NCBI GenBank assembly: GCA_945876515.1
Contig: CAMCPF010000001.1
Location: forward strand, 1-29,940
Direction of reading: 5' to 3'
Length of the DNA stretch: 29,940 bases
Source: Candidatus Kuenenia stuttgartensis
Lineage (GTDB): Bacteria > Planctomycetota > Planctomycetia > Pirellulales > UBA1268
A program made the translations under genes and the position numbers. Below, one piece after another: positions 1 to 11,100 of this stretch. A model generated the notes under the pieces. That model was not told where the DNA came from and searched no databases. It saw only the letters and a program-made list of their open reading frames with translations. Positions within the stretch are counted from its first letter, which is position 1. Every line of letters begins with the position of its first letter.

Positions 1-94
1 GAGCGAGCGGAGGCCAGGCGGGCACCGATCCGCCAAAGGCGGATTGGTCGCGGAGCGAGCGTCCGGCGACATGGCACGGGCAACCCCTCGCCCA
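1..94 (+). repeat. REP/MITE-like interspersed repeat, copy A (probably cut by window start), with an 11-bp hairpin
   Basis: 57-94 GAGCGTCCGGCGACATGGCACGGGCAACCCCTCGCCCA matches 3538-3573 and 25163-25193. 1-18 GAGCGAGCGGAGGCCAGG resembles GAGCGACCGGAGGGCAGG at ~25134-25151. Hairpin ACCGATCCGCC-AAA-GGCGGATTGGT at ~24-48 has one G-U pair. Confidence 0.75.
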
Positions 95-159
95 CGCCAC
101 CAAAGACAACCACGATCCACCGGCTAAAATCGACCTACCGCCCACCCCGGAGCCCCTCC

Positions 160-3100
160 ATGCGTTCGCCCACTCGTTCCTCGATCGCTGCCGCAGCGTT
201 GCTCCTCGGCCTCGTCGGCCTCGCCCTTCAAGCCGACGACAAGAAGCCATCCGCCGCCGATCCGTTGGCGACCGCCCGCGAACTGCTCGCGCTGCCAGCC
301 CGGCCAGCCCGGCCGGCGCTGCCGCCGAGCACGCTGCCGCTGAAGTTCATCGACGGCGAGCGGATCGCCCTGCTCGGCAACTCGACGGCCGAGCGGATGA
401 ACCTGTTCGGCCACTTTGAGGCGCTCCTCCACGAGCGGTTCCCGGAGAAGAAACTCGTCGTCCGCAACTTCGCCCGCCCGGCCGACGAGGTGGGCATCCG
501 CCAGCGGCCGAGCGACTATACGAAGCTCGACGACCCCCTGGCCGCCTTCGGGGCCGACACCTATCTCCTGTTCTTCGGGTTCAACGAATCGTTCGCCGGG
601 CCGGGGGGTCTGGAGAAGTTCAAGGCCGATTACGGGAAGTTTCTGGACGAGCTGGTCGCAAAGTATCCCCGCGACGATACGAAAGCCCCGCCGCGGGTCG
701 TGCTCGTGTCGCCGATCGCGGTGGAGCCGACGGGCGAGCCGCACATGCCCGACGCCGACCGGCAAAACGCCGCCCTCGCGCGCTACCGGGATGCGGTGCG
801 GGAGCTCGCCGCCGCGCGGAGCATCGCCTTCGTGGACCTCTTCGACGCCACGCTGGCCGAGTTCGTGCCGCAGGCCGGCCTGCAGTTCACCATCAACGGC
901 TGCCACGTGGACGAGGCGGGTGATCGCCTCGTCGCCGAAGCCCTCGACCGGGCGCTGTTCGGCCCGCCGCCTGCCAAGCGGCTCGCTCCCGAGGCCTTCG
1001 CCAAGCTCCGCGCCGCGGTCAACGACAAGTCGTGGGTCCACCTGCAGGACTACCGGATGATCAACGGCTGGTACGTCTACGGCGGCCGCCGCACCTTCGA
1101 CACCGAGACCTTCCCGCGGGAATACCTGAAACTCCGCAACATGGCGGCGGTACGCGACGCCTATGTTCACGACCTCGCCGCCGGCCGACCGGTGCCCGCG
1201 CAGCCTGACGACTCGGCCACGGGCGACCTGTTCGAGCCGCCGACCCGTTTCGGCGAGCCGCGGCAGGCCTACAGCGAGAACCCCGAGGGGGGCCCGGTGA
1301 TCCTCTCGCCCGAGAAGTTCATCGAGACCTGCACGCTGCCGCCGGGCTACGAGCTCGAGTTGTTCGCCGACGAGCGAAAGTTTCCCGAGCTCGCCAATCC
1401 GGTGCAGCTGGCCTTCGACTCCAAGGGGCGGCTCTGGGTCTCGACGATGCCGAGCTATCCGCAGTGGCGGCCGGGCGACCCCAAGCCGGCCGACAAGCTC
1501 CTGATCCTGGAAGACACCGACGGCGACGGGAGAGCCGATAAGAGCACGGTCTTCTACGACCAGCTCCACTGCCCGACGGGATTTCAGTTCTTCGCCGGCG
1601 GCGTGCTCGTGATGGACCAGCCGCGGCTGCTCTGGCTGGCCGACAGCGACGGCGACGACAAGGCCGACGTGGTCGTGCACCTGCTCGACGGCTTCGCCAC
1701 GGAAGACACCCACCACACCGCCGGCGCCTTCGAGATGAGCCCGGGCGGCCTGTTGCACATGCTCGAGGGGGTGGCGATGAGCACGGCGATCGAGACGCCC
1801 TGGGGGCCGTTTCGCAACTTCGGCTCCTCCGGCTGCTACGTGCTCGATCCTCGCTCGCTCGAGATTCGCCACTTCAAGACCCCCGGCTATGGCAACCCCT
1901 GGTGCTACGTGTTCAACGAGTGGGGCCAGGGCATCTGCGGCGACGGCACGGGGGCCGCGCAGCACTGGGACACGCCCCTCTCCGGCGCCCAGTACGGTGG
2001 CCGCAAGGGGCTCAATCCGGTGTTCGACACCGAGCGGATGCGGCCGGTGGTGGGGAGCGAGTATCTGCGGACCAGGCAGTTTCCCGCCGACGTGCAGGAC
2101 CAGTTTCTCTATGCCTGCGTGATCAACACCAACGGGATGCCCCGCTGGACGATCTCCGACGACGGCGCGGGCTATCGAGGCGAGCGGGTGCGGCACGACC
2201 CCGCCGACAAGAACACCCCCTTCGATCTCGTGAAGAGCACCGACAAGCACTTCCGCCCGGTCGATCCCCAGATCGGCCCCGACGGCGCCCTCTGGTTCGG
2301 CGACTGGGCCAATCCGCTGATCGGCCACATGCAGTACAGCCAGCGGGACCCCAACCGCGACAAGCAGCACGGCCGGATCTACCGGCTGGTCTACAAAGAC
2401 AAGCCGCTGCTCGCTCCCGAGACGCAGGCGGGGAAGGCCATTCCCGAGGTGCTCTCGCAGCTTACAAGCCCCGAGTGGCGCACCCGCTACCGGGCCCGGG
2501 CCGACCTCCAGGCCCGCCCGCAGGGCGAGGTGCTCGCCGCAGCGGCCGCCTGGCTCGCGGAGATGAGGGCCGGCTCGCTGCCACAGGAGGTCAAGGACCG
2601 GCTCGCGACCGAGGTGCTCTGGTTGCAGCAGAGCTTTCATGCCATCGACGGCTCGCTGCTCCGCGAGCTGCTCGCGGCCGCCACGCCCGACGCCCGGGCC
2701 GCCGCCACCCGCGTCGTGGCCGACGCCCGCGGGCGGATCTCCGACGCCGAAGCCCTGCTCGTGGCCCGGGCCACCGATCCGCACCCCCGCGTGCGCACGG
2801 AGGCGGTCCGCGGCCTGAGCTTCTTCCCCACCGAGCAGGCCATGACGGCCGTGGTGGCGGCGGCCAACCTCGAGCCGGCCGACCGCTACGTCGCCTACAC
2901 GGCCGACGCGGCCCTCGGGGCCAACATCGACGTCTGGAAGCCGGCCTGGGAGAAGGGGGGCTTCGCCGCCCGCACGTCGCCGGCCGCGAAGATCCTCGAG
3001 AGCGTGCTGGGCCTCGACAAGAAGGCGGGCGAGGTCCGGCCGCACCTGGCCGTGCTTCTCGCCGAGCAGACCAGGAGCGACGAGGAGCGCAACAAGGCGA

Positions 3101-3531
3101 TGCAGGCGATCGCCGACATCAAGGGGGGCGGCCCGGCCAACGGCCGGCTCGTGTTCGAGCGGGTCTGCCTCAACTGCCACAAGGTGGGCGGCCAGGGCGC
3201 CGACCTGGGCCCCGACATGACGCAGGTGGGCAAGCGGCTGCCGCCCTACAAGCTCGTCGAGTCGATCATCGACCCCAACGCCGAGGTCGATCCCAAGTAT
3301 CTCTCCACGCTCGTGGTCACTGACGAGGGCAAGAGCATCCAGGGCCTGCTCGTGAGTGAGACCGAGAAAGAACTCGTGATCTTCGACGGCAAGGAGCGGA
3401 AGACGATCCCGACCGACTCGATCGAGGAGCGGGTGAAGCTCAAGCAAAGCAGCATGCCCGAGGGCCTCGCGGCGACGCTTTCCCCGACCGAGTTCCTCGA
3501 TGTTATCGAGTACCTCAAGGGCCTGAAGTAG
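160..3531 (+). CDS. PVC-type heme-binding CxxCH protein: signal peptide, SGNH/GDSL-like domain, glucose/sorbosone-dehydrogenase-like beta-propeller, HEAT repeats, C-terminal cytochrome c
   Basis: 1123-aa ORF with GGAG at 149-152 before the ATG. Signal peptide ends LVGLALQA. SGNH-like motifs IALLGNS and INGCH. Propeller motifs ANPVQLAFDSKGRLWV, LEDTDGDGRAD and RPVDPQIGPDGALWFGDW. HEAT-like DPHPRVRTEAVRGL. Heme motif CLNCH at 3166-3180, followed by GPDMTQVG...IIDPNAEV...SSMPEGL. Architecture matches the Pirellula/Verrucomicrobium family (TIGR02604 N-terminal and TIGR02603 heme domains), recognised by eye. Confidence 0.9.
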   Translation: MRSPTRSSIAAAALLLGLVGLALQADDKKPSAADPLATARELLALPARPARPALPPSTLPLKFIDGERIALLGNSTAERMNLFGHFEALLHERFPEKKLVVRNFARPADEVGIRQRPSDYTKLDDPLAAFGADTYLLFFGFNESFAGPGGLEKFKADYGKFLDELVAKYPRDDTKAPPRVVLVSPIAVEPTGEPHMPDADRQNAALARYRDAVRELAAARSIAFVDLFDATLAEFVPQAGLQFTINGCHVDEAGDRLVAEALDRALFGPPPAKRLAPEAFAKLRAAVNDKSWVHLQDYRMINGWYVYGGRRTFDTETFPREYLKLRNMAAVRDAYVHDLAAGRPVPAQPDDSATGDLFEPPTRFGEPRQAYSENPEGGPVILSPEKFIETCTLPPGYELELFADERKFPELANPVQLAFDSKGRLWVSTMPSYPQWRPGDPKPADKLLILEDTDGDGRADKSTVFYDQLHCPTGFQFFAGGVLVMDQPRLLWLADSDGDDKADVVVHLLDGFATEDTHHTAGAFEMSPGGLLHMLEGVAMSTAIETPWGPFRNFGSSGCYVLDPRSLEIRHFKTPGYGNPWCYVFNEWGQGICGDGTGAAQHWDTPLSGAQYGGRKGLNPVFDTERMRPVVGSEYLRTRQFPADVQDQFLYACVINTNGMPRWTISDDGAGYRGERVRHDPADKNTPFDLVKSTDKHFRPVDPQIGPDGALWFGDWANPLIGHMQYSQRDPNRDKQHGRIYRLVYKDKPLLAPETQAGKAIPEVLSQLTSPEWRTRYRARADLQARPQGEVLAAAAAWLAEMRAGSLPQEVKDRLATEVLWLQQSFHAIDGSLLRELLAAATPDARAAATRVVADARGRISDAEALLVARATDPHPRVRTEAVRGLSFFPTEQAMTAVVAAANLEPADRYVAYTADAALGANIDVWKPAWEKGGFAARTSPAAKILESVLGLDKKAGEVRPHLAVLLAEQTRSDEERNKAMQAIADIKGGGPANGRLVFERVCLNCHKVGGQGADLGPDMTQVGKRLPPYKLVESIIDPNAEVDPKYLSTLVVTDEGKSIQGLLVSETEKELVIFDGKERKTIPTDSIEERVKLKQSSMPEGLAATLSPTEFLDVIEYLKGLK

Positions 3532-3533
3532 CG

Positions 3534-3575
3534 AAGGGAGCGTCCGCGAGCTGGCACGGGCAACCCTTCGCCACG
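3534..3575 (+). repeat. REP/MITE-like interspersed repeat, copy B, filling the gap between convergent genes
   Basis: AAGGGAGCGTCCG-CGAGCTGGCACGGGCAACCCTTCGCCA is near-identical to 57-94 and 25159-25193. Confidence 0.75.
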
Positions 3576-4943
3576 TCACCCCGCCACGAGGTCGAGGAGC
3601 ACGTCCCGCACTTCGTGCATCGCCAGGCAGTCCCGGGCCTCGCGGCCGTCGGTACACAAAAACACCGGCCCGTCCTCCGGCCGCGCGGGCAGCCGACCGT
3701 GCGAGCCGCGCACGATGCTCGCGTCGGTCCCGATCACGTCCAGGAGCGTGCGGAAGCCGAGCTTCTTCTTGGCGAGCGTCCAGGCGATCTTCAGGGCCGG
3801 CAGCCGGATCGTGGGATCGAGGAACAGCTCCACCGGGTCGTAGCCGGGCTTCCGGTGGATGTCCACGGTGCGGGCGAAGTCGGGCATCTTCCCGTCGTCG
3901 AGCCAGTAGTAGTAGGTGAACCAGCGGTCGGGAGCGGCTACCGCCACGAGGTCACCGCTCCGCGGGTGATCGAGCCCATAGTCGGCCATCGCCTCGCGGT
4001 CGAGCACCTCGGCCACGCCCGCGGTCGCCTCGAGCACGGCCCGCGTCTCGGCGATCCGCCCGGGATCCTTCACGTACACGTGCGCCAGCTGATGGTCGGC
4101 CACGGCGAAGGCGGCGCTTTCCCCCGCGTCGAGGAGTTCCCAGCCGAGGTCCACCTCCTGCACGGCGAGCAGGCCGGCCCGCCGGAGCGCCCGGTTCAGG
4201 TGCACGCCGTCCCGCACCGGCGTGATCCCGTATTCCGAGAGCACGGCCACGGTATGCCCGGTGTTCGCCGCCCACTCGGCGAGCTCCCCGGCCACGCGGT
4301 CGATCTCGCCGCAGGCCCGCACCGCCTCGGGCGAGTCGGGCCCGAACCGCTGCAGGTCATAGTCGAGGTGGGGGAGGTAGCAGAGCGTGACGGTCGGCCG
4401 CCGCGATTCCATCACCCGCCGCGTGGCGGCGGCGATCCACTCCGACGAGCGGATCCCGGCCCGCGGCCCCCAGAAGTCGAACAGCGGAAACTTCCCGAGG
4501 GAGCCCTGCAGTTCACCCTTGAGCGCGGCGGGCTGCGTATAGAGGCTCGGCAGCTTACGGCCGTCGGCGGGATAGACCGGACGCGGCGTCACGGCCGCGT
4601 GCATGTTGAACCACCAGAACATCTTGGCGGTCGTGAAGGCGTCGCCGAACCGTCGCCTGCCGGCGTGCCAGAGCTTGTCTTCCTCGCAGCCGACGAGCCG
4701 GTTGCTCTGCTTCCAAAACATCACCTCGGCGAGGTCCCGCCAATACCAGCCGTTGGCCACGATCCCGTGCTCGCGGGGCGGGCGGCCGGTGAGCAGCGTG
4801 GCCTGGGCCGGGCAGGTGACCGCCGGGAGGACGGTGCCGAGCGCCGCCGTGAACCCGCCGCGGCCGAGTGCCGCCAGCCGGGGCGTGTGTGACAGCAACC
4901 CCGGAGTGAGGCCGACCACGTCGAGGACGAGCAGGGGTTTCAT
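3576..4943 (-). CDS. Alkaline phosphatase superfamily / nucleotide pyrophosphatase-phosphodiesterase family protein, EboF-like
   Basis: 455-aa ORF with VLDVVGL (first metal Asp), PAVTCPAQATLLTG (Thr nucleophile loop), YLPHLDYDLQRFG, VLSEYGI and C-terminal VRGSHG. The pattern DIHRKPGYDPVELF is typical of EboF-like proteins. No signal peptide seen. Confidence 0.85.
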   Translation of the reverse strand: MKPLLVLDVVGLTPGLLSHTPRLAALGRGGFTAALGTVLPAVTCPAQATLLTGRPPREHGIVANGWYWRDLAEVMFWKQSNRLVGCEEDKLWHAGRRRFGDAFTTAKMFWWFNMHAAVTPRPVYPADGRKLPSLYTQPAALKGELQGSLGKFPLFDFWGPRAGIRSSEWIAAATRRVMESRRPTVTLCYLPHLDYDLQRFGPDSPEAVRACGEIDRVAGELAEWAANTGHTVAVLSEYGITPVRDGVHLNRALRRAGLLAVQEVDLGWELLDAGESAAFAVADHQLAHVYVKDPGRIAETRAVLEATAGVAEVLDREAMADYGLDHPRSGDLVAVAAPDRWFTYYYWLDDGKMPDFARTVDIHRKPGYDPVELFLDPTIRLPALKIAWTLAKKKLGFRTLLDVIGTDASIVRGSHGRLPARPEDGPVFLCTDGREARDCLAMHEVRDVLLDLVAG

Positions 4944-5050
4944 GGGTGATGAAGCCTAAATGGAGCCGCCGGGGCCTTCAGCAGGTTTGCTGGCGTCCCT
5001 GCGGAGTCATCGACAATACTTTCGTTTCCGCAAGGATTTGGGGGGGCTCC

Positions 5051-5079
5051 GTGCGAAACGGCCACCGGCCGCGTATTAT
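5051..5079 (+). promoter_or_regulatory. Putative sigma70-type promoter for the giant gene
   Basis: GTGCGA (5051-5056), 17-bp spacer, TATTAT (5074-5079), in an AT-richer intergenic stretch. It lies inside the first 69 codons of the raw ORF, which argues that the real start is downstream. Confidence 0.45.
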
Positions 5080-5166
5080 GAGAAACAGTTGAGAGTCTTG
5101 GGATGCGTTGGGGGATTTCCTTCATCGGCCCGGGCGAGCCTCATCCTTGTCGTCGGGGAGAAAGCT

Positions 5167-8100
5167 GTGATCCACCGTGCGCGTCGGGCGTCGTGGTGGG
5201 CTCGTGCAATTGGCCTGGTTGTCGCGTGCCTCACGGCGCTCGGCGGCTTCGGGCCGGCACGGGCCGCCACCATCTATTGGAATGGCACCGAGGCCACGTG
5301 GGCGAGCGTCACTGCCTGGAGCACCACGGCCGGTGCCGTCCTGCCCACTCCCGGCAGCGTTCCCGGCGCCGCCGACGACGTGATCTTCGGCATCTCGCCG
5401 CTCTTCTGGGCCAACCAGACGGTGAACCTCGGCGCCGACCAGTCGGCTCTCTCGCTGTCGTTCACCTCCGGCGGCACCACGCTCCTTCAGGGCGGCGGCA
5501 CCAACCGCTCGCTCACGCTCGGCTCGGGTGGGATCAGCGTCGCGGGCGGCGCGGGCGTGGTCACGATCGGCTCGGGCACGGCCGGCCAGAATGTCGCGCT
5601 CGCCCTCAACGGCAATCAGACCTGGACCAACAACTCCGTGAGCCCCACCGGCGCCTCCACGCTCAACGTGCTCAACGGCGTCTCGCGGGCTGCGACCGAC
5701 ACCAGCAGCCGCACGCTCACGCTCGACGGCACCGGCTTCACGAACATCTCCGGCATCATCGCCAACGGCGGCGCCTCCGGCACGCTCGCCCTCTCGAAGA
5801 CGGGCACCGGCACGCTGATCCTCTCCGGGGCCAACACTTTCTCCGGCGGCGTCTCGCTCTCGGCCGGCACGCTCCGCGTGGGCAACAACGCCGCCCTTGG
5901 CACGGGCACGCTCACCTGGACGGGCGGCACGCTCGCAGGCAACGACGCCACGACCGCCCGCACGCTCACCAACGCGATCACGCTCGGCGCCGACGTCACG
6001 CTCGGCAGCATTCTGGCCCCGGCCAACCTCACGCTCTCGGGCGCCGTCTCGCTCACCGGCAATCGCGTGCTCACGGTCAACGGCACGGGCCTCGGCGGCC
6101 AGACGCTCTCGGGCATCGTCTCGGGCACGGGCTTCGGCCTCACGAAGCGGGGGGCCGGGGCCCTCACGCTCTCCGGCGCCAACACCTTCACTGGCGGCTT
6201 TACCCTCGACACGGGCGCCGTTCGCATCGGCAACAACGCCGCCTTCGGCACGGGCCCGCTCACGGTCAACGGCGGCCTGCTTTCCTCCAACGCGGCGACG
6301 ACCGGCGGCGACCGCACGCTCACCAACGCGGTCACCCTTGGCGGCAGCGTGACCCTCGGCGACGGGAGCACGGGCCTGCTCACCTTCTCGGGCCCCGTCA
6401 CGCTCACCGGCAGCCGCACGCTCGTCGGCAACGTGGGCACCACGCTCTCGGGTGTCGTCTCGGGCGCCGGCTTCGGCCTCACGAAGCAGGGCGCCGCCAC
6501 GCTCACGCTCTCGGCCGCCAACACCTTCACGGGCGCCACCCAGGTTGACGCCGGCAACCTCACGCTCTCCGGCACGGCCGGCGCCATCGCCGCCTCCGGC
6601 GGGATCACGGTCAACCGCAACGCCACGCTGGCGCTCGTCAACACGAGCACGGCCAACAACACCAACCGGATCGGCGACACCGCGCCCCTGACGCTCGCCG
6701 GCGGCACGCTCACCTTCTCGAACAACGCCGGCGCCGTGAACTACGCCGAATCGATCGGCGGCCTCACGCTCGGCGCCACCACGCTCTCGACGATCAACAC
6801 GAACCAGGCCGCGACGGGCCAGACCGCCACGCTCACCTTCGACTCCCTCACCCGCTCGGCCGGAGCCGTGCTCAACGTCACGGGCACGGGCCTGGGCACC
6901 GATGCCCGCAACCGGGTCGTCTTCACGACGGCCCCCACGGTCACGAACGGCCTGGCGCCCGCCTGGATCACGATCGGCGGTGCCGACTTCGCCAACTACG
7001 TCACAGGGGCGACGGCCTCCCTGGCGATCCCGACCTACACCACGACCGCTGAAAACACCTGGGTCGCGGCCAACAACGTCTCGCTGACGGCCTCCACCAC
7101 GCTCACGGCCGACCGCGCGGTGAACTCCTTCCGGATGGCGCCCACCTCCGGCACGGCCACCGTCACGGCGACCGGCCGCACCCTCACGCTCGGCTCGGGC
7201 GGCCTCCTCACCGCCGGCGCGGGCACGTCCGCGATCTCGGGCGGCACGCTCACCGTCGGCGCGGCCGACGTCGGCGGCGAGCTCGTGGCCCATCAGTTCT
7301 CGGGCTCGGTGGCCACGATCACCTCGGTCATCGCCGACAACGGCACCGGCCCCGTCTCGCTCACGAAGGGCGGCACCGGCCAGTTGGGCCTCGGCGGCGT
7401 GAACACCTACACCGGCGGCACGACGATCACGGCCGGCACGATCCGGCTCGACGCCGTGGGCGCCCTCGGGGCCACGACCGGTGGCCTCACGCTCGGCCCC
7501 GCCGGCACGCTCAACCTGAACACCCGCTCGGCGACGGTGGGCGTGCTCTCGGGCTCCGGCACGATCACCAACACCGCGGCCGGCAGCCCGGTGCTCACGG
7601 TCTCCTCCGGCACCTACTCCGGCACGATCACGAGCACGGCCGGCACGCTCGGCCTCACGAAGGCCGGCCCCGGCACGCTCACGCTCTCCGGCCTCAACAC
7701 CTTCACCGGCACGACCACCCTCAGCGGCGGCACGCTCGCCCTGCAATCCTCGCTTGCCGGCCCCGTGGCCCCCGCCGCGGGCACGTCGCTCGACATCGGC
7801 TGGTCGCAGGGGCTGATGGGGCTGTACACCGTCACGAACATCCCCGGCGGCGCGACCGCGGCCACACTCGCCGACCTCACCGCCCTGAACACGAGCATCC
7901 TCGCCAACTCCACCGGCGCTGCCGCGTCGAGCGCCCTCCGCGGCACCAACTTTGACTTCACCGCGTCCGGCAGCGGTTTCCCGCCACCCTACAACACCGG
8001 CGCCAACAACTTCGTCACCCGCTGGACGGGCCAGTTCAACGCCGAGACGGCCGGCACCTATGCGTTCTTCGCCGAGAGCGACGACGGCACCGTAATCTTC

Positions 8101-11100
8101 ATCAACGGCCAGCAGGTGCTGTTCAACAACTACGACCAAGGCGTCGGCAACGAGCGCGGCGGCACGATCGACCTGGCCCCCGGCTGGCACGACATCACGT
8201 TCGGTTACCGGCAGGGCACCGGCGGCTACGCGTTGAACGCCTCGCTGCAGGCTCCCGGCGGCGCGAAGATCCCGCTTCCCAACTCCCTCCTGCGTTCGGC
8301 CCCGGTGATCGGCTCGCTCACCCTCGACGCCTCGGCCACGATGTCGATCGGCGCCGGCGGCGTGGTCGTGAACCAGACCACCAACTCCGCCGCCTCCGGC
8401 ACGATCTCGGGCTCTGGCAGCCTCACGAAGGTCGGTGCCGGCACGCTCACCCTCGACGGCACGAACCTCTACACCGGTGGCACGATTCTCCAGGGCGGTA
8501 CGCTCGTGCTCGCCGGCGGCAACGACCGGCTCCCCACTGCCTCCCTGCTCACGGTCGGCGGCAACGCCACGCTCGACCTCGGTGGCAACTCGCAGACGAG
8601 TTCCGGCCTGATCACGCTCGGCGGCGGCACGCTCACCAACGGCTCCCTCACCGGCACCGGCGGAATCGTGATCGCCGGCGGCACGCTCGCCGGCACGGCC
8701 ACGCTCACTTCCACGGGAGTCGCCTATACCGGCCAGAGCGGCCTGGTCACGCTCGGCCTTGCCGGCAACTCCGGGCTCGTCAAGAACACCAACGGCACCC
8801 TCACGCTCCGTGGCACGAACTCCCTCACCGGCGGGTTCACCGTGAACGCCGGCACGCTCGTCTTCAACACCACGGGGGCGAGCGGCACCAACGCGATCAC
8901 GCTCTCCGGCGGCAACCTGCAGTTTCTGTTCGACGGCGATGGCGGCGCGGCCTCCGTCGGCGGCAACGGCACGGGCGCCCCGCAGATCCTGAACTTTGCC
9001 GACCCGCTCACGGTCACCACCAGCGGCACGGTCACGGTCGGCCGCCGCGGCGACACCTACACGCCGCTGTTCACGACGGCCTCGAACAAGACGGCCCGGC
9101 TCACCGACCTCTCGATCGGTGGCCAAAACCTCGTGGTCGCCAACAACAACGGCTACGGCCTGGAGTTCAGCGGCACCACCACCTTCACCGCCGCCCCCAC
9201 CTTCACGGTCAACAACGCCACCGCCTCGAACATGATCCAAGGCCTCGCGCTCTCCGGCCCGGTCACGGGCGCCTTCGGCCTCACGAAGGCGGGCAACGGC
9301 ACGCTCGTGCTCGGCAACTCGGCCAACGACTTTGCCGGCCCGATCACCGTCGCCGCCGGCCGCCTGGCGGTGCCGAGCGACAGCGCCCTGGGCGCCGCGG
9401 CCAACGGGATCGTGCTCTCGAACAACGCCGGCCTCCGGGCCACGGGCAGTTTCTCCACGGCCCGCGACATCCGCCTTGCGGTCGGCTCCAACGTGATCGA
9501 GACCACGGCCGGCAACACGCTCACCCTCTCGGCCCCCTTCGGCGGCGCCTCCGCCACCACGCAGGTCATCAAGGCCGACAACGGCACGCTCGTGCTCGCA
9601 GCGGCCAATCCCTCAACCTGGGCCTCCACCATCAGCAACCCGAGCGGCTCGGCCCAGACGCTCACCGGTGGTCTCCGTGTGGACGCTGGCATCCTGCGGA
9701 TCGCCAACCCCGCCGCGCTCGGCAACGCCATGATCGGCATCAACGCCGCGCAGGGCGCCGAGATCGAACTGGCCAACGGCGTCACGTTCTCGAACCCCGT
9801 GAACCCCAACATGACGGCGGGCAATGCCCAGCTGGGGTTCAATGCCGGTCGGAATGGACTGGGTGCCGTCTCCGTTCCGACGGGTACCGCCACGCTCGCC
9901 GGCGTCATTTCCGCCAATCAGGATTTCGCCCTCGGCGCCGGCCCGGGCGCCACGCTCAACGTCACCGGCGGCGCGACCATCACCGTCAGTGCCCGTTACA
10001 TGAACACGATGGGCCCCGGCACCGTGAACATCTCGACCAACCCGCTCACGGGCGTAGCCGGCTTTTTCCGGGTGGGCTCGGGCACGACCAATCTCTCCGT
10101 CAACGTCTCGGCGCTCGCGGGCGCCGGCGTGGCGGGTGAAGGCATTTGGGGGCGTGGCGGCGGCGGCACGCTTAACGTCTTCGGAGGCGGTTCATTCGCG
10201 AGCGGAACGCGTTACGTGGTTGTCCAAGGTGGAGACACCGTAGCGGTCGACAACACGGCCACGGCCCTCTCCAACCGGCTCGGCACCATCTCCACCAGCG
10301 ACCTCTACCTCCGCGATGGCACGTTCGCCTTCACGGCCAGTCCCGACGCGGCCACGGGCGAGACCTTCAGGACGTGGCAGGCCCAACATGGGTACGGCAA
10401 CCTGACGGTCAACACGACCGCCCAGAATGCGACGATCTCGTTCGCGAACATGAACGGCAATACGCCAAACGGTGCCGGAACGGTCGTGTTTCGCTCGGGT
10501 GGCACAGGCGCGCTCTTTGGCACGGCGCAAAACACCGTCTCGTTCACCACGGCCCCCACCCTGACCAACAGCATCATGGCCCGCTCGATCGTCCTCGACG
10601 GCAGCACGGCCGACGGGGCCAACTTCGCCACCTATGGCTCGGGCTCGATCCGGGCCTTCACGGCGTACGACACCACGAACCTCAATGCCGTCACCACGGC
10701 CACCAACACCGTCCAGATCGGCTCGAGCGTGGTGATGAACACGCCCACCCGCACGATCAACGCCATGAAGCTCACCGGGGGCGGCCTCGCCCTCAGCGGC
10801 CCGGGCTCCACGCTGACGCTCACCGCCGGCCAGATCCTCGCCACCGGCGGCACCTCAGCGATCGGCCAGGGGGCCACGATCTATTCAGCGGCTGAGATCG
10901 GCTTGAACGTGGCCGACGGCTCCACGCTCAACGTGGATGGCCCGCTCTGGTCGGCCGTGCACCTCACCCGTGGCCTCGGCGGCACGGTCAACTACAACGC
11001 CCGGCAGTATGTCATCGGCGGCAACTGGTACGCGTTCAACGGCGGCACGACGCGGCTGAACGGGGGCGACAACACGCTCTTTCCGGGAATGGGCGTGCCC

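Noticed and set aside
124-3657. 1177-aa antisense ORF
   Set aside because: Shadow of the sense gene 160-3531 in high-GC DNA. It has no recognisable motifs, whereas the sense frame has a clear domain architecture.
5040-5046. G7 homopolymer near the putative promoter as a phase-variation switch
   Set aside because: The run is short, lies upstream of the -35 rather than in the spacer, and is expected by chance at this GC content. A C7 run also follows the stop at 24962-24968.
4960-5166. Longest-ORF start of the giant gene (ATG 4960)
   Set aside because: It would put 69 atypical residues before the signal peptide. A better RBS plus GTG lies at 5157-5169 and a promoter-like motif lies within this stretch.
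9046-9054. RGD tripeptide in the giant protein
   Set aside because: A single occurrence in ~6,600 Gly-rich residues is expected by chance.
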